Below are positions 46,980 to 55,464 of a stretch of 64,000 nt of DNA, one piece after another. The DNA lies in IMG/VR virus record IMGVR_UViG_3300042371_001161, positions 32,001 to 96,000 of that record; one strand, 5' to 3'. Position 1 is the first letter of the stretch, and each line of letters begins with the position of its first letter. The position numbers and the translations under genes were made by a program. This DNA comes from a virus. The notes under the pieces are model-generated. The model was not told the origin of the DNA. It worked only from the letters and a program-made list of their open reading frames with translations, and did not search any database.

Positions 46980-47668
46980 AAATTGGTTTCATAAAAGACG
47001 TATTTAGTGGAATGCCGCACGTTATGGCATCGATGGAAAATGAAGTTATTCACGTAAAATCGATTACTGAATTTGGTAAATCAATTATTGAAGATTTTGA
47101 TTTTGATGAAAAAAACATTGGTGCAAACGTGCCTGTTGGTTGCGTTTTTACTGGATTTTTTGCTGACAAAAATAATCTCCAAGTGCCAGAAAAAGAAAAC
47201 CAGGTTAAGCAAGAAAATTTTACATATGCCAGAAAATCAATAAATGACATATCGCATCGAAAAATTAATGCGATTGGACTAGAAATGAATAAGTTCACAA
47301 ACAGCACTAATAAAATTAATGCTATTGCATTCAAAGCTGAATCATTCAAGAATTCTGTGCGCAGGTCTAACTTCATCCGAAGAATACATAGCGGGAAGAT
47401 AATTTTTAACGAAAAAATGGGGCGGATTGAACTAAATCCAAAGTTTGCCTTTAGCAGTATCGAGAAAGAAGTTCTTAATTCTTCTTTCGGTAAGAGTTTC
47501 ATTAGAAAATCAGCCGATAAAGAAATAATGCAAAGTAGCGATAAGCGTAGAGTCGCACGCAGGGCAAAGGTCCTTCTTGGGCTAGTAGGCGGAGAACGTT
47601 CTCCTGAAAAACAACAAATTTCAGAACGAATAAACAAGGCTCGTAGGCAGGTCAAAAATGGCAAGTAA
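46976..47668 (+). CDS. Hypothetical protein in head cluster
   Basis: 230 aa, overlapping both neighbouring genes. Confidence 0.6.
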   Translation: MKIGFIKDVFSGMPHVMASMENEVIHVKSITEFGKSIIEDFDFDEKNIGANVPVGCVFTGFFADKNNLQVPEKENQVKQENFTYARKSINDISHRKINAIGLEMNKFTNSTNKINAIAFKAESFKNSVRRSNFIRRIHSGKIIFNEKMGRIELNPKFAFSSIEKEVLNSSFGKSFIRKSADKEIMQSSDKRRVARRAKVLLGLVGGERSPEKQQISERINKARRQVKNGK

Positions 47669-48320
47669 AAAAGATTTGGTAAAAAAAGCCGATGCTCTAC
47701 GTCTAGCCAAAGATATTGGCTGTTCTGGTGCCCACAAGGACCGCAAAGGAAATTGGATACCTTGTGAATCAATAGAGGAACTAGAAAGAATATCCAATAC
47801 TGCCGAAACATCAAAATGGCGAACCGTGGTTCCTGGTTCAAAATCATCAAAGGAACGTACCAAGGGGAAAAATAAACGCCGGCCTGACGGCTGGGAAAAC
47901 CTAAGAGAAAAGCCAATTCGTGGCATTGAGTCACTCTCTGGCGTGGGGCTCGTTTCAGGCTCTTCATTTAATTCAAAATCACTTAACTGCTGTGGCACGA
48001 AAGGGACCGGACCTGAATTCGTACGCGACAATGATGTCGATGTGTTCTTGGATGCAGACTCAGCGAGGGCTCGTTCCCGTCAAATCGGATGCATAGGTAT
48101 TAGTAGGCGAATAAGCAAGTCTGGGCGCACGGTTTGGATGCCATGTACCAATATGAGCGATTATTCAAACAGGACTGGTTCTACTGATTTAGGGCGCAGA
48201 AACATGCGGAATCGTCGCGAAGAAGAGACGCGACGTGCAGTAAGAACAGTTCTAAGAGAGACTTCTAAGCCAACTGTAGCGAGAAAAAGTTCGCTAGCAA
48301 AAGAACTACGTATTAAATAA
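47658..48320 (+). CDS. Basic protein with two DUF3721-like (GCxG...W(I/M)PC) repeats
   Basis: IGCSGAHKDRKGNWIPC and IGCIGISRRISKSGRTVWMPC. Confidence 0.65.
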   Translation: MASKKDLVKKADALRLAKDIGCSGAHKDRKGNWIPCESIEELERISNTAETSKWRTVVPGSKSSKERTKGKNKRRPDGWENLREKPIRGIESLSGVGLVSGSSFNSKSLNCCGTKGTGPEFVRDNDVDVFLDADSARARSRQIGCIGISRRISKSGRTVWMPCTNMSDYSNRTGSTDLGRRNMRNRREEETRRAVRTVLRETSKPTVARKSSLAKELRIK

Positions 48321-48359
48321 TACTTCATCTATTTACGTACTTTAATTGCAAAATATTAT

Positions 48360-48395
48360 TAGTTCCACTGGAGAGTGTAAATCATCTGTTATTTT
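48360..48395 (+). promoter_or_regulatory. Conserved TAGTTCCA-N22-TATTTT promoter-like element upstream of major capsid gene
   Basis: Intergenic, with the same spacing as the other copies. Confidence 0.55.
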
Positions 48396-48435
48396 TGATT
48401 ATACATAGTGCTGGGTGCTGACCTAAGCCTAGATA

Positions 48436-48478
48436 AACAACAACAACAACAACCCAACACTCAATCTCAACAGAGGAG
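48436..48478 (+). promoter_or_regulatory. (CAA)5 A/C-rich leader and GAGGAG RBS of capsid gene
   Basis: aacaacaacaacaacaacccaacactcaatctcaacagaggagaaacaaATG. Confidence 0.6.
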
Positions 48479-48484
48479 AAACAA

Positions 48485-49834
48485 ATGTCGCAAGACAATT
48501 CCCGTACCGAGGAGCTTCAATCAGCCCTCCGTCAGAAGATGGCAGACAACAAGACCATCGCTGACTCATTCAAGGTAGAAGACGGCACAGTAGTCGTCAC
48601 TACGGAACAGAAGACCGCGTTCGACAAGAACATGCGAGACATCAAGGAAATCAAGTCGCTTCTTAGTGACCTTGATACCATGAAGTCAGTCGACCAGTGG
48701 GGCTCACAGCCTGCAGGCGAATCAGCCGCAGCAATGTACGCTGCCGCTGCCGCAGACCTCAGTCACTTGTCTTCACGTGAAATCAAGAGCATCGGTCAGC
48801 TATTTCTTGATTCTCCGGAATTCAAGGCACTCAATGGTGGTCGCAATGGCGCAAACATGGTTGCCCCATGGACCGTCGCTGCTTCACTGACGACCCAAGG
48901 AATGTACAACGTCAAGGATGTCTTCTCGGCAACCCCGACCGGCACCCCTGGTTCGTTTGGAACGATTCAGCGTGACCCGATGGTGACCCCGCCGACCCGC
49001 ACAAAGCGCGTTCGCGACTTGTTCCCGGCCCGTAAGACCAATGCTGCTGTTATCGAATACTTCCGTCAGTTGGGTTTCACGACCCTACAGACGGGCCATG
49101 GTACGAACAGCGCCTCATCGGTTGCTGAGCGAAATAGCGGCAACACCGCCTTTGGCCTCAAGCCACAGTCGTCGTTCGCCTTCGTTGGTGAGCAAGCCCC
49201 AATTCGCACACTCGCACACTGGGAAGCTGCACACCGCAACGTTCTGTCGGACGAGCCGCAATTGCGTTCAATCATCGACAACGAACTCATGTACGGTCTC
49301 CGTCTCCTTGAGGATAATCAAATCCTCAATGGTGATGGCGTCGGCGAGAACTTGCTTGGTGTTTTGAATACCCCCAACATCCAGCAATACGCCTGGTCAG
49401 ATGGAGAAAACTCCCCGGTCGCAGATACAAAGGCCGATGCACTTCGTCGCGCCGCAACTCTCTCGTTCCTTGCTTACTACGAGCCATCTGGCGTCGTACT
49501 GCACCCGAACGACTGGGAAGACATCGAATTGACCAAGGATGCCAATGGCCAGTACCTCATCGCAGTTTCGGTTGCAATGGGTGGCGAGCCACGCGTCTGG
49601 AGAATGCCGGTAATTGATACCCCAGCAATGACCGCTGGCAAGGCCCTTGTCGGAGCATTCGGTACAGGAGCACAGTTGTACGACCGCGAAGAGGCGAGCA
49701 TTCGTATCTCTGAGCAGCACTCGGACTTCTTCATCCGTAACGCAATCGTGATTCTCGCCGAGCAGCGTTTAGCTCTCGCAGTGAAGCGTCCCGAAGCGTT
49801 CGTTGAGGTTACCTTCGACAACGAGCCAGCCTGA
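48485..49834 (+). CDS. Major capsid protein, HK97 fold
   Basis: Helical N-terminal delta-like domain. Contains RVRDLFP, IRTLAHW, LEDNQILNGDG.GENLLGVL, VVLHPNDW...KDANGQYL, RVWRMPV, FIRNAIVILAEQRLALAVKRPEAF. Confidence 0.96.
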   Translation: MSQDNSRTEELQSALRQKMADNKTIADSFKVEDGTVVVTTEQKTAFDKNMRDIKEIKSLLSDLDTMKSVDQWGSQPAGESAAAMYAAAAADLSHLSSREIKSIGQLFLDSPEFKALNGGRNGANMVAPWTVAASLTTQGMYNVKDVFSATPTGTPGSFGTIQRDPMVTPPTRTKRVRDLFPARKTNAAVIEYFRQLGFTTLQTGHGTNSASSVAERNSGNTAFGLKPQSSFAFVGEQAPIRTLAHWEAAHRNVLSDEPQLRSIIDNELMYGLRLLEDNQILNGDGVGENLLGVLNTPNIQQYAWSDGENSPVADTKADALRRAATLSFLAYYEPSGVVLHPNDWEDIELTKDANGQYLIAVSVAMGGEPRVWRMPVIDTPAMTAGKALVGAFGTGAQLYDREEASIRISEQHSDFFIRNAIVILAEQRLALAVKRPEAFVEVTFDNEPA

Positions 49835-49851
49835 TAACTTCTAGCTCTTAA

Positions 49852-49906
49852 GGGTTCCCCCCGGAAGTAGCCGCTTAAATGTGGTGAAACCGGGGGGTTT
49901 CCTTTA
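49852..49906 (+). terminator. Terminator-like stem after capsid gene
   Basis: CCCCCCGG (49857-64) pairs with CCGGGGGG (49890-97) and encloses a small inner hairpin; followed by TTTCCTTT. Confidence 0.6.
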
Positions 49907-49932
49907 TATCGACACATTTATGTGGGAAGATT

Positions 49933-50754
49933 GTGTATATGACAAACCCTATTGACGAAACCCAGAAGCTTTATGAAGAGCTACAGGCAATATCTGACCA
50001 AATTGAATCAGAAATAGTCCTTGAGCAAATTACCGAGCAATCCATAATCGAACTCAAGCGCCTTGAAATGCAACCCATGTTCGACGAGTACTATGGTTCC
50101 TCTGTCTTCAGTAAGATGATTGAAAAGAGCGTCAGCAAGCCTGTCTATCGTGACCCTAAGGGTGGACTGACCGCAGCCGGACGAGCGTATTTCCGCAGAA
50201 AAGAAGGGGCCAACCTTAAGCCGGGGGTAATGGGTGCTGCGAATACCCCAGAGAAAATGAGAAGAAAAGGCTCCTTTCTAACTAGATTTTTTACGAACCC
50301 CTCTGGACCCATGAAAGATGAAAAGGGAAGAGCAACAAGACTCGCGTTGTCCGCTGCCGCATGGGGAGAGCCAGTGCCACAAAACGTGGATGATGCCAAA
50401 AAGCTCGCAGCTAAGGGACGCCGCATGCTCCAGCGTTATCAAAAAACAAAAGATAAAACAAAATCATATTCCGAGTTCGATATCTTCAACAAAAATGCGT
50501 CTGAAAATTACTACTCAAATCTTGATTCAGAAGAAATGAAAGGCGTTTGCCCAACAGGTGGGATTTTTGATTATTCTGACATTGACGCAGACGGCGAACT
50601 GTCTCTCAGGATTGCGGCAAGACGTGAACTAGCGAGCTTGGTCCCATCCCTCAAGTCCTCTATGTCGTATATTCCGTCAGACGCAGACAAGGCCAAGAGA
50701 ATTGCTAGTGCCTCAAAAATGATGCGAAAGCGGAGAAAGCAAAAAAATGGCTGA
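49933..50754 (+). CDS. Protein with DUF6321-like basic domain
   Basis: Contains DPKGGLTAAGRAYF...NLKPG...RRKGSFLTRF...RLALSAAAW. Family assignment from memory. Confidence 0.6.
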   Translation: MYMTNPIDETQKLYEELQAISDQIESEIVLEQITEQSIIELKRLEMQPMFDEYYGSSVFSKMIEKSVSKPVYRDPKGGLTAAGRAYFRRKEGANLKPGVMGAANTPEKMRRKGSFLTRFFTNPSGPMKDEKGRATRLALSAAAWGEPVPQNVDDAKKLAAKGRRMLQRYQKTKDKTKSYSEFDIFNKNASENYYSNLDSEEMKGVCPTGGIFDYSDIDADGELSLRIAARRELASLVPSLKSSMSYIPSDADKAKRIASASKMMRKRRKQKNG

Positions 50755-51145
50755 ACAATTTTGGTATGCAGCAAAAGTTATTAAGGTGGTTGATGGGGAC
50801 ACGCTTGATGTTCTCATTGACCTCGGCTTCAATATTCATCATAAGGTAAGAGTTCGGCTCTACGGACTCAACACCCCCGAGTCAAGAACTAAGGATTTGG
50901 GAGAAAAAGAGATGGGACTAAAAGCCAAATCTTTCACTCAAGACTGGACCACTAGGCATCAAGTAGTTTTTCTTAAAACAATCGCAGGAAAAGATGACAA
51001 ATACGGCAGAGTTCTTGCACAGATTTATTCAGACAAGGACATAAAGTCAGAAAAAACAGCTTGTCTCAACCTTGACATTGTATCTGCGGGTTATGCTCGC
51101 GAATATTTTGGTGTGGGCGACAAGACATGGGAGGAATTCAAGTGA
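50747..51145 (+). CDS. Thermonuclease (SNase-like)
   Basis: Contains KVVDGDTL, VRLYGLNTPES, DDKYGRVLA and GYAREY. Confidence 0.9.
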   Translation: MAEQFWYAAKVIKVVDGDTLDVLIDLGFNIHHKVRVRLYGLNTPESRTKDLGEKEMGLKAKSFTQDWTTRHQVVFLKTIAGKDDKYGRVLAQIYSDKDIKSEKTACLNLDIVSAGYAREYFGVGDKTWEEFK

Positions 51146-51600
51146 GCGACAATACGTGGGCTTCTTATAATGGGCCAATCAAGGGTATTCGCATAGAGGA
51201 AAAAGCAGACGATTCCGCCAAATGCCCGACAGCAACAAAGGACATTTCTGTAAATCTTCAAAATCGTAAAAAGGCAATTGCCGTTGCTGATTATGGTCCA
51301 CTTAATCCAGGAGAGGAAAATGAAGAGTTCTGGTCAAAGCTTGCCAATGAGTGGGAAGTAAGTGCTGAAGAGGCCAAAAAGCAAAAATGTGGTAACTGCT
51401 CCGTATTTATTGTTACCCCGCAAATGAAGTCATGCATACAGGGCGGGCTCGTTGGGGAAGAAAAAAAAGATGAATGGGAAGCAATAGACAAAGCCGGCGA
51501 ACTAGGCTACTGCGAAGCGTTTGATTTTAAGTGTGCATCCAAGAGAACTTGCCGCGCATGGGTTGCTGGCGGACCGATAACTAGCGTCAAGCAAGACTGA
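51142..51600 (+). CDS. Protein with HiPIP-like four-Cys motif
   Basis: CGNCSVF...GYCEAFDFKCASKRTCRAW. GTG start at 51142 with GGAGG RBS and GTGA overlap with the SNase stop (track start 51127). Confidence 0.65.
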   Translation: MSDNTWASYNGPIKGIRIEEKADDSAKCPTATKDISVNLQNRKKAIAVADYGPLNPGEENEEFWSKLANEWEVSAEEAKKQKCGNCSVFIVTPQMKSCIQGGLVGEEKKDEWEAIDKAGELGYCEAFDFKCASKRTCRAWVAGGPITSVKQD

Positions 51601-51635
51601 ATCGACCATGAACAATATAAGTAGAGGAAAATAAA

Positions 51636-52343
51636 ATGGCAGCACAAAAAGGTATTGGAGTTGTTTTTCATTGTTCAGACTGTGACCCCTATGAGGTGAG
51701 GTCTTACGGCTGGGGTGGTGAATGGCCAGGTTCGGACTGCGGTTATCACGCACTTACCGAAAACGCCAGAAGGTACATTCACGCTCATCCCGAAGAGAAC
51801 CACACGTTTGAAGACATGGTTGCCTTGGAGGTGGGAGACGAAGTATTACCAGTACTCATTGATTTGGGAAATCAAATACAATCAGGCTATGAAGTAGTAA
51901 AAGATGGCGTAGTAGACGCATACGAATGGTTGGATAAGAACGCCTGCAACATAGCGGTGACTGCAGCAATCTCGGCCGGGGTTGTTGCCTATTTTACGCC
52001 AGCACAGCCCGCAGGAGCGGCAACATCAACCTCTCTATCAATTATGGCACAGCCGCTTCTTTATGTTGCAGATATGGCAACTAAGGCTGTAATAGTAACG
52101 GCAATGAGTGAAATCATAACGGAAGGATTTCTGCTAATACCATTCGTTAGCGAGAGCATTGACCACACACTATTGAAAAACATAATCTCAAACTGTTTAG
52201 CCAAAAGTTTAGATTCAGCAGCACTGTGGGCAACGCCAGCGGGTGTTGGCATTGCAATCGGAGCAGCGGTTGCGCCTGTTATTGCAGATTTGATATGTAC
52301 AAAAACCTGTCCTGAGGGATTTACCAAAGCGTTTAACGGGTAA
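51636..52343 (+). CDS. Hypothetical protein with hydrophobic, Cys-containing C-terminal half
   Basis: 235 aa, GAGG RBS upstream. Confidence 0.6.
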   Translation: MAAQKGIGVVFHCSDCDPYEVRSYGWGGEWPGSDCGYHALTENARRYIHAHPEENHTFEDMVALEVGDEVLPVLIDLGNQIQSGYEVVKDGVVDAYEWLDKNACNIAVTAAISAGVVAYFTPAQPAGAATSTSLSIMAQPLLYVADMATKAVIVTAMSEIITEGFLLIPFVSESIDHTLLKNIISNCLAKSLDSAALWATPAGVGIAIGAAVAPVIADLICTKTCPEGFTKAFNG

Positions 52344-52364
52344 AGAAGAATGCAGGACAAATAA

Positions 52365-52490
52365 GTGAAAAAGAAAATAACTAACGTCATAAACTGGATG
52401 GCAGCGATTGTTTCCACCATTGTCGTAGCAAGAATGGCTATCAAAATTAAAAAAGCAGCGGGTCACCCCAACCCTGAAATGTGGGAATGA
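52365..52490 (+). CDS. 41-aa predicted single-pass membrane peptide
   Basis: Manual translation: GTG-KKKITNVINWMAAIVSTIVVARMAIKIKKAAGHPNPEMWE-TGA. Shorter than any ORF in the track. Confidence 0.4.
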   Translation: MKKKITNVINWMAAIVSTIVVARMAIKIKKAAGHPNPEMWE

Positions 52491-52846
52491 ATTGTGTGCT
52501 CGGCGCACGAAACGTAACGCCTGCCAGATTCTTCCTCTTTGCGGGCGTATCCCTGTTCCCCACATCTTTCACATATAGTAAAAGAACTTTCTTCAATAGC
52601 AATAATCAATGAATTCACTTTCATGTAGCTATCCATGTCTGTGAGATTAAAATAAAACCGCAATCCACCCATCTTTTCTTTGACCTGTGCGATTGTGTAG
52701 TTTGGGTCTTGTGCGAATAAAATATCATCGCATTCCCTTATTAGGTTCGCCCAACCATACCCGCAGTCAATCGTTGCCGGTATCCCGTCAGCAAAACGGT
52801 CAAGGATGTTTTGAAAATCAGGGTCTGAGCCTATGTTGGTGTCCAT
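52463..52846 (-). CDS. Hypothetical protein (GW...QVKEK.GGLRFY...CExCG family)
   Basis: 127 aa, with a motif common among phage hypotheticals. Confidence 0.65.
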   Translation of the reverse strand: MDTNIGSDPDFQNILDRFADGIPATIDCGYGWANLIRECDDILFAQDPNYTIAQVKEKMGGLRFYFNLTDMDSYMKVNSLIIAIEESSFTICERCGEQGYARKEEESGRRYVSCAEHTIHSHISGLG

Positions 52847-52869
52847 AATTAAATCCTATACTCACGTTG

Positions 52870-52942
52870 CGCGCCGGGCAGGATTCGAACCTGCAATCGA
52901 CAGATTAGAAGTCTGTTGCCTTATCCCTTGGGCCACCGACGC
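52870..52942 (-). tRNA. tRNA-Arg(UCU), no encoded CCA
   Basis: GCGTCGG/CCGGCGC acceptor stem, ACAGA-CTTCTAA-TCTGT anticodon arm, GCAGG-TTCGAAT-CCTGC T-arm; 73 nt. Confidence 0.92.
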
Positions 52943-53445
52943 TAGGGGTTTTGCTTGTTTTTTCTAGCATGATACAGATTTCTTTGCCGTTCATTTTGCT
53001 TCTCTTTGTTTTTTAGACGGTACTCGCGCTTGCATTCTTTACAAACTCTGTATTCTTTACCAATTTGTCTGCCTTGCTTCTTTACATAGACAAGAGGTTC
53101 AAACTCTTCAAAAGAGTGACCCTTCTTGCAGCCATCTTTCTTCCTATTAGAAGTTCCTTGTCTGTTTTTGTTAAACATGTCCCTTGAGTTGGCAGAATAG
53201 GTGTCGGCCCACAGGTGCTCTGGATTGACACATGCCGGAACATCGCAGGTATGACAGATTATTAAACCATCAGGGATTTCACCCTTATGGATGATATAAG
53301 AATAATGGTGGGCCGAGGTTGTCTTGCGGTTTACCGCGAAAGAACCATACCCGCGAGAGTTTGGCGCTCCAGTCCATAACCAACAGGAATCAGTCTTGTT
53401 TACCTTTTGGAAAAAACGTTCTTCGAGGGACATGTTTTTAGGCAT
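52942..53445 (-). CDS. Free-standing HNH (homing-type) endonuclease
   Basis: Contains CWLWTG...GYG.F...AH..SY...ICHTCDVPACVNPEHL...NSRDM and a CKKGH...CKEC tail. Confidence 0.88.
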   Translation of the reverse strand: MPKNMSLEERFFQKVNKTDSCWLWTGAPNSRGYGSFAVNRKTTSAHHYSYIIHKGEIPDGLIICHTCDVPACVNPEHLWADTYSANSRDMFNKNRQGTSNRKKDGCKKGHSFEEFEPLVYVKKQGRQIGKEYRVCKECKREYRLKNKEKQNERQRNLYHARKNKQNP

Positions 53446-53449
53446 GTGA

Positions 53450-55375
53450 CTACTTTACCGGACAAGCTCCAGTTGCGCAATCGTCCATATCAATCTCTCC
53501 GTTGAACTTCTCTTGTACTAATGGAATGGAGAAGTCGATTTTAGAGACCATCTTTTCGTATAGTTCTTTTGTTATCTCTTCATATGGAGGGAGAACGAAG
53601 TTGTGGTCGCTGTGCAAGAGGAATGATACGGACTTCACGCTCTTGTCGTAGTTCTCAGTCAACCACTCCTGAATGCTTTTTAGCTCTTCTTTGCGGTAAT
53701 AGACCGTAACGGAAACAGCATTGTCTGCCCACTCGGTTTGAACTTTCTTTACCCACTCAAGCTGCTGCACTGCTGTCATTTCGCTTGCCAAAGTTGAGCC
53801 CTCTGGAGACATGCAGGGGAATTCCACAACATAACGCGTATGGTCTTCTCGGCCATCAATGCCGATATCCCATACGACCTTGTAGCCACGCTTGCGACAT
53901 GCGTCAACAAGTGGGTCTGCCGCTCCAAAACGAACGCGCCGGATGTAGTGAGGGGCAAAAGCCGGGTGAATGCCCGGAGTAACGCCTGGAAGCAGCGAGA
54001 GAGTGCCTGAAGGCTGAACCGTGGTCATTCTCACAGACTCAGGGAACCCCTTTTCCGCGGAATACTCCTTATCAAGGTCGCGTAAGTACTTGTACGCCGT
54101 ATCGAGCCACGAAACCTGCTGTTCAGTTGCCTGAAGAACTCCAGTAATGCTTTGACCAAGGCGTGCATTGGCCCTGACAATAGATGTCGTCTTCTCGTAC
54201 GGGTACGGGAGTCTGGTGATTTGCTTCTGCGTCATGTAAAGGAGACGCGAAAGTGACAAGAATTGCGGCAAAGATTCGATATTAGGAAGAAAAATTGTCG
54301 CGAGATTGCACGATTCTCCATCTGCAAGTGCAATTTCCGCACATGGATTAAAGCCCTCGATTGTTGCGTCTGGGCGTTTTTCGCCAAGGCGACCGTGAGT
54401 TCGTGCGAGCTTCCTATTAACTAGACCGTATGGCTCTCCCGAGCCGTCATATCCACGCCATAGTTCTGCTGGTATTTCTTCCCAGCCGTCGGCATATAGC
54501 GAATTGTTACTATTTGCTCGCCACCCAGGAATGTTTCCTGAACCCCAGTTCTTTGCTCGGAGGAAGAGAACATCGTCAGGGTCGCCCATTGCGATTTGCG
54601 CCGAACGCCTTGATGAACCGGAAACAACAATTCGACCAATGATATTGCAGATATCCAAAACATCGATTGACCTAAGCTTCTTGCCGACACGGTTATCTAA
54701 AACCTTGCAAATATCGCTAATACCATCAATGAGGGCTCCAGGTCCGGAAGCAGTACCGCCAAACGTCTTGAGAGGTGCACCAAACTCACGAATCAAAATG
54801 GTCGAATAGGTAAAGGACTTGCCGGTATCAAAGTACGACTTAAGAACGCTATGCAAAAGGCGACGCCAGCCAGTACGACTGTCTGGAACAATAATGTCAG
54901 CGTCGTTACTACGCTCCTGTGTAATAGTTACTCCACTCTTGATTCTGGGCAAGTCGTGAATCTTTGAACGCTCTACGGAAAAACCCACGCCACCGCCAAG
55001 CATCAGGTAGTCAAACAGCATTTCAAAATCTTCAACTTTTTCGATATTCGTGAAGTAGCAGTTGTTTAAAGACGCTCCGCCAAAACGTGCAACCATTCCA
55101 GTTCCTAGTTGCCACAAAGCACGCCCACTCATTGAGCAGCGCAGGTTATACATGTGGTCAAAAAGCTCTTCCGCTTCTTCGCGGGTGTAGGGAACGCCAA
55201 TTTCTATTGCACCATTGACAACACGCTGAATCGTTTCGGGCCATGTTTCGATGTTGCCGTTGTCTTTTGTGCGGCTATAGGTACGGAGAAAAACAATTTC
55301 TCCCATGCCATTGAAGCCCCATGGAACGGGACGATTGGCGTAAGAAGCAACGAATTTGTCATCAATGTGGTTCAT
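53450..55375 (-). CDS. nrdJ: Class II (B12-dependent) ribonucleotide reductase, monomeric RTPR type
   Basis: Contains RTYSR, SGRALWQLG, LNNCYF, LMLGGGVGFS, FNPCAEI, CNLATI, TVQPSGTLSLL and C-terminal CATGACPVK. No ATP cone and no nrdB seen. Confidence 0.92.
   Translation of the reverse strand: MNHIDDKFVASYANRPVPWGFNGMGEIVFLRTYSRTKDNGNIETWPETIQRVVNGAIEIGVPYTREEAEELFDHMYNLRCSMSGRALWQLGTGMVARFGGASLNNCYFTNIEKVEDFEMLFDYLMLGGGVGFSVERSKIHDLPRIKSGVTITQERSNDADIIVPDSRTGWRRLLHSVLKSYFDTGKSFTYSTILIREFGAPLKTFGGTASGPGALIDGISDICKVLDNRVGKKLRSIDVLDICNIIGRIVVSGSSRRSAQIAMGDPDDVLFLRAKNWGSGNIPGWRANSNNSLYADGWEEIPAELWRGYDGSGEPYGLVNRKLARTHGRLGEKRPDATIEGFNPCAEIALADGESCNLATIFLPNIESLPQFLSLSRLLYMTQKQITRLPYPYEKTTSIVRANARLGQSITGVLQATEQQVSWLDTAYKYLRDLDKEYSAEKGFPESVRMTTVQPSGTLSLLPGVTPGIHPAFAPHYIRRVRFGAADPLVDACRKRGYKVVWDIGIDGREDHTRYVVEFPCMSPEGSTLASEMTAVQQLEWVKKVQTEWADNAVSVTVYYRKEELKSIQEWLTENYDKSVKSVSFLLHSDHNFVLPPYEEITKELYEKMVSKIDFSIPLVQEKFNGEIDMDDCATGACPVK
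53452..53480 (-). promoter_or_regulatory. TTGCGC-N17-TAAAGT promoter in the last codons of nrdJ
   Basis: The -10 includes part of the nrdJ stop region. HNH ATG is 6 nt downstream. Confidence 0.55.
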
Positions 55376-55464
55376 GATTTCCTGTCAGGTGGGTGGATTG
55401 AATAGTAACTAGGAAACGAGTGTAGCGCACAGATGAATAAAGAAAAAGTCGAGAGAATATAAAA

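Noticed and set aside
47050-48031. Antisense ORFs of 305 and 136 aa
   Set aside because: They fully overlap well-supported, mutually overlapping plus-strand genes and have no recognisable motifs.
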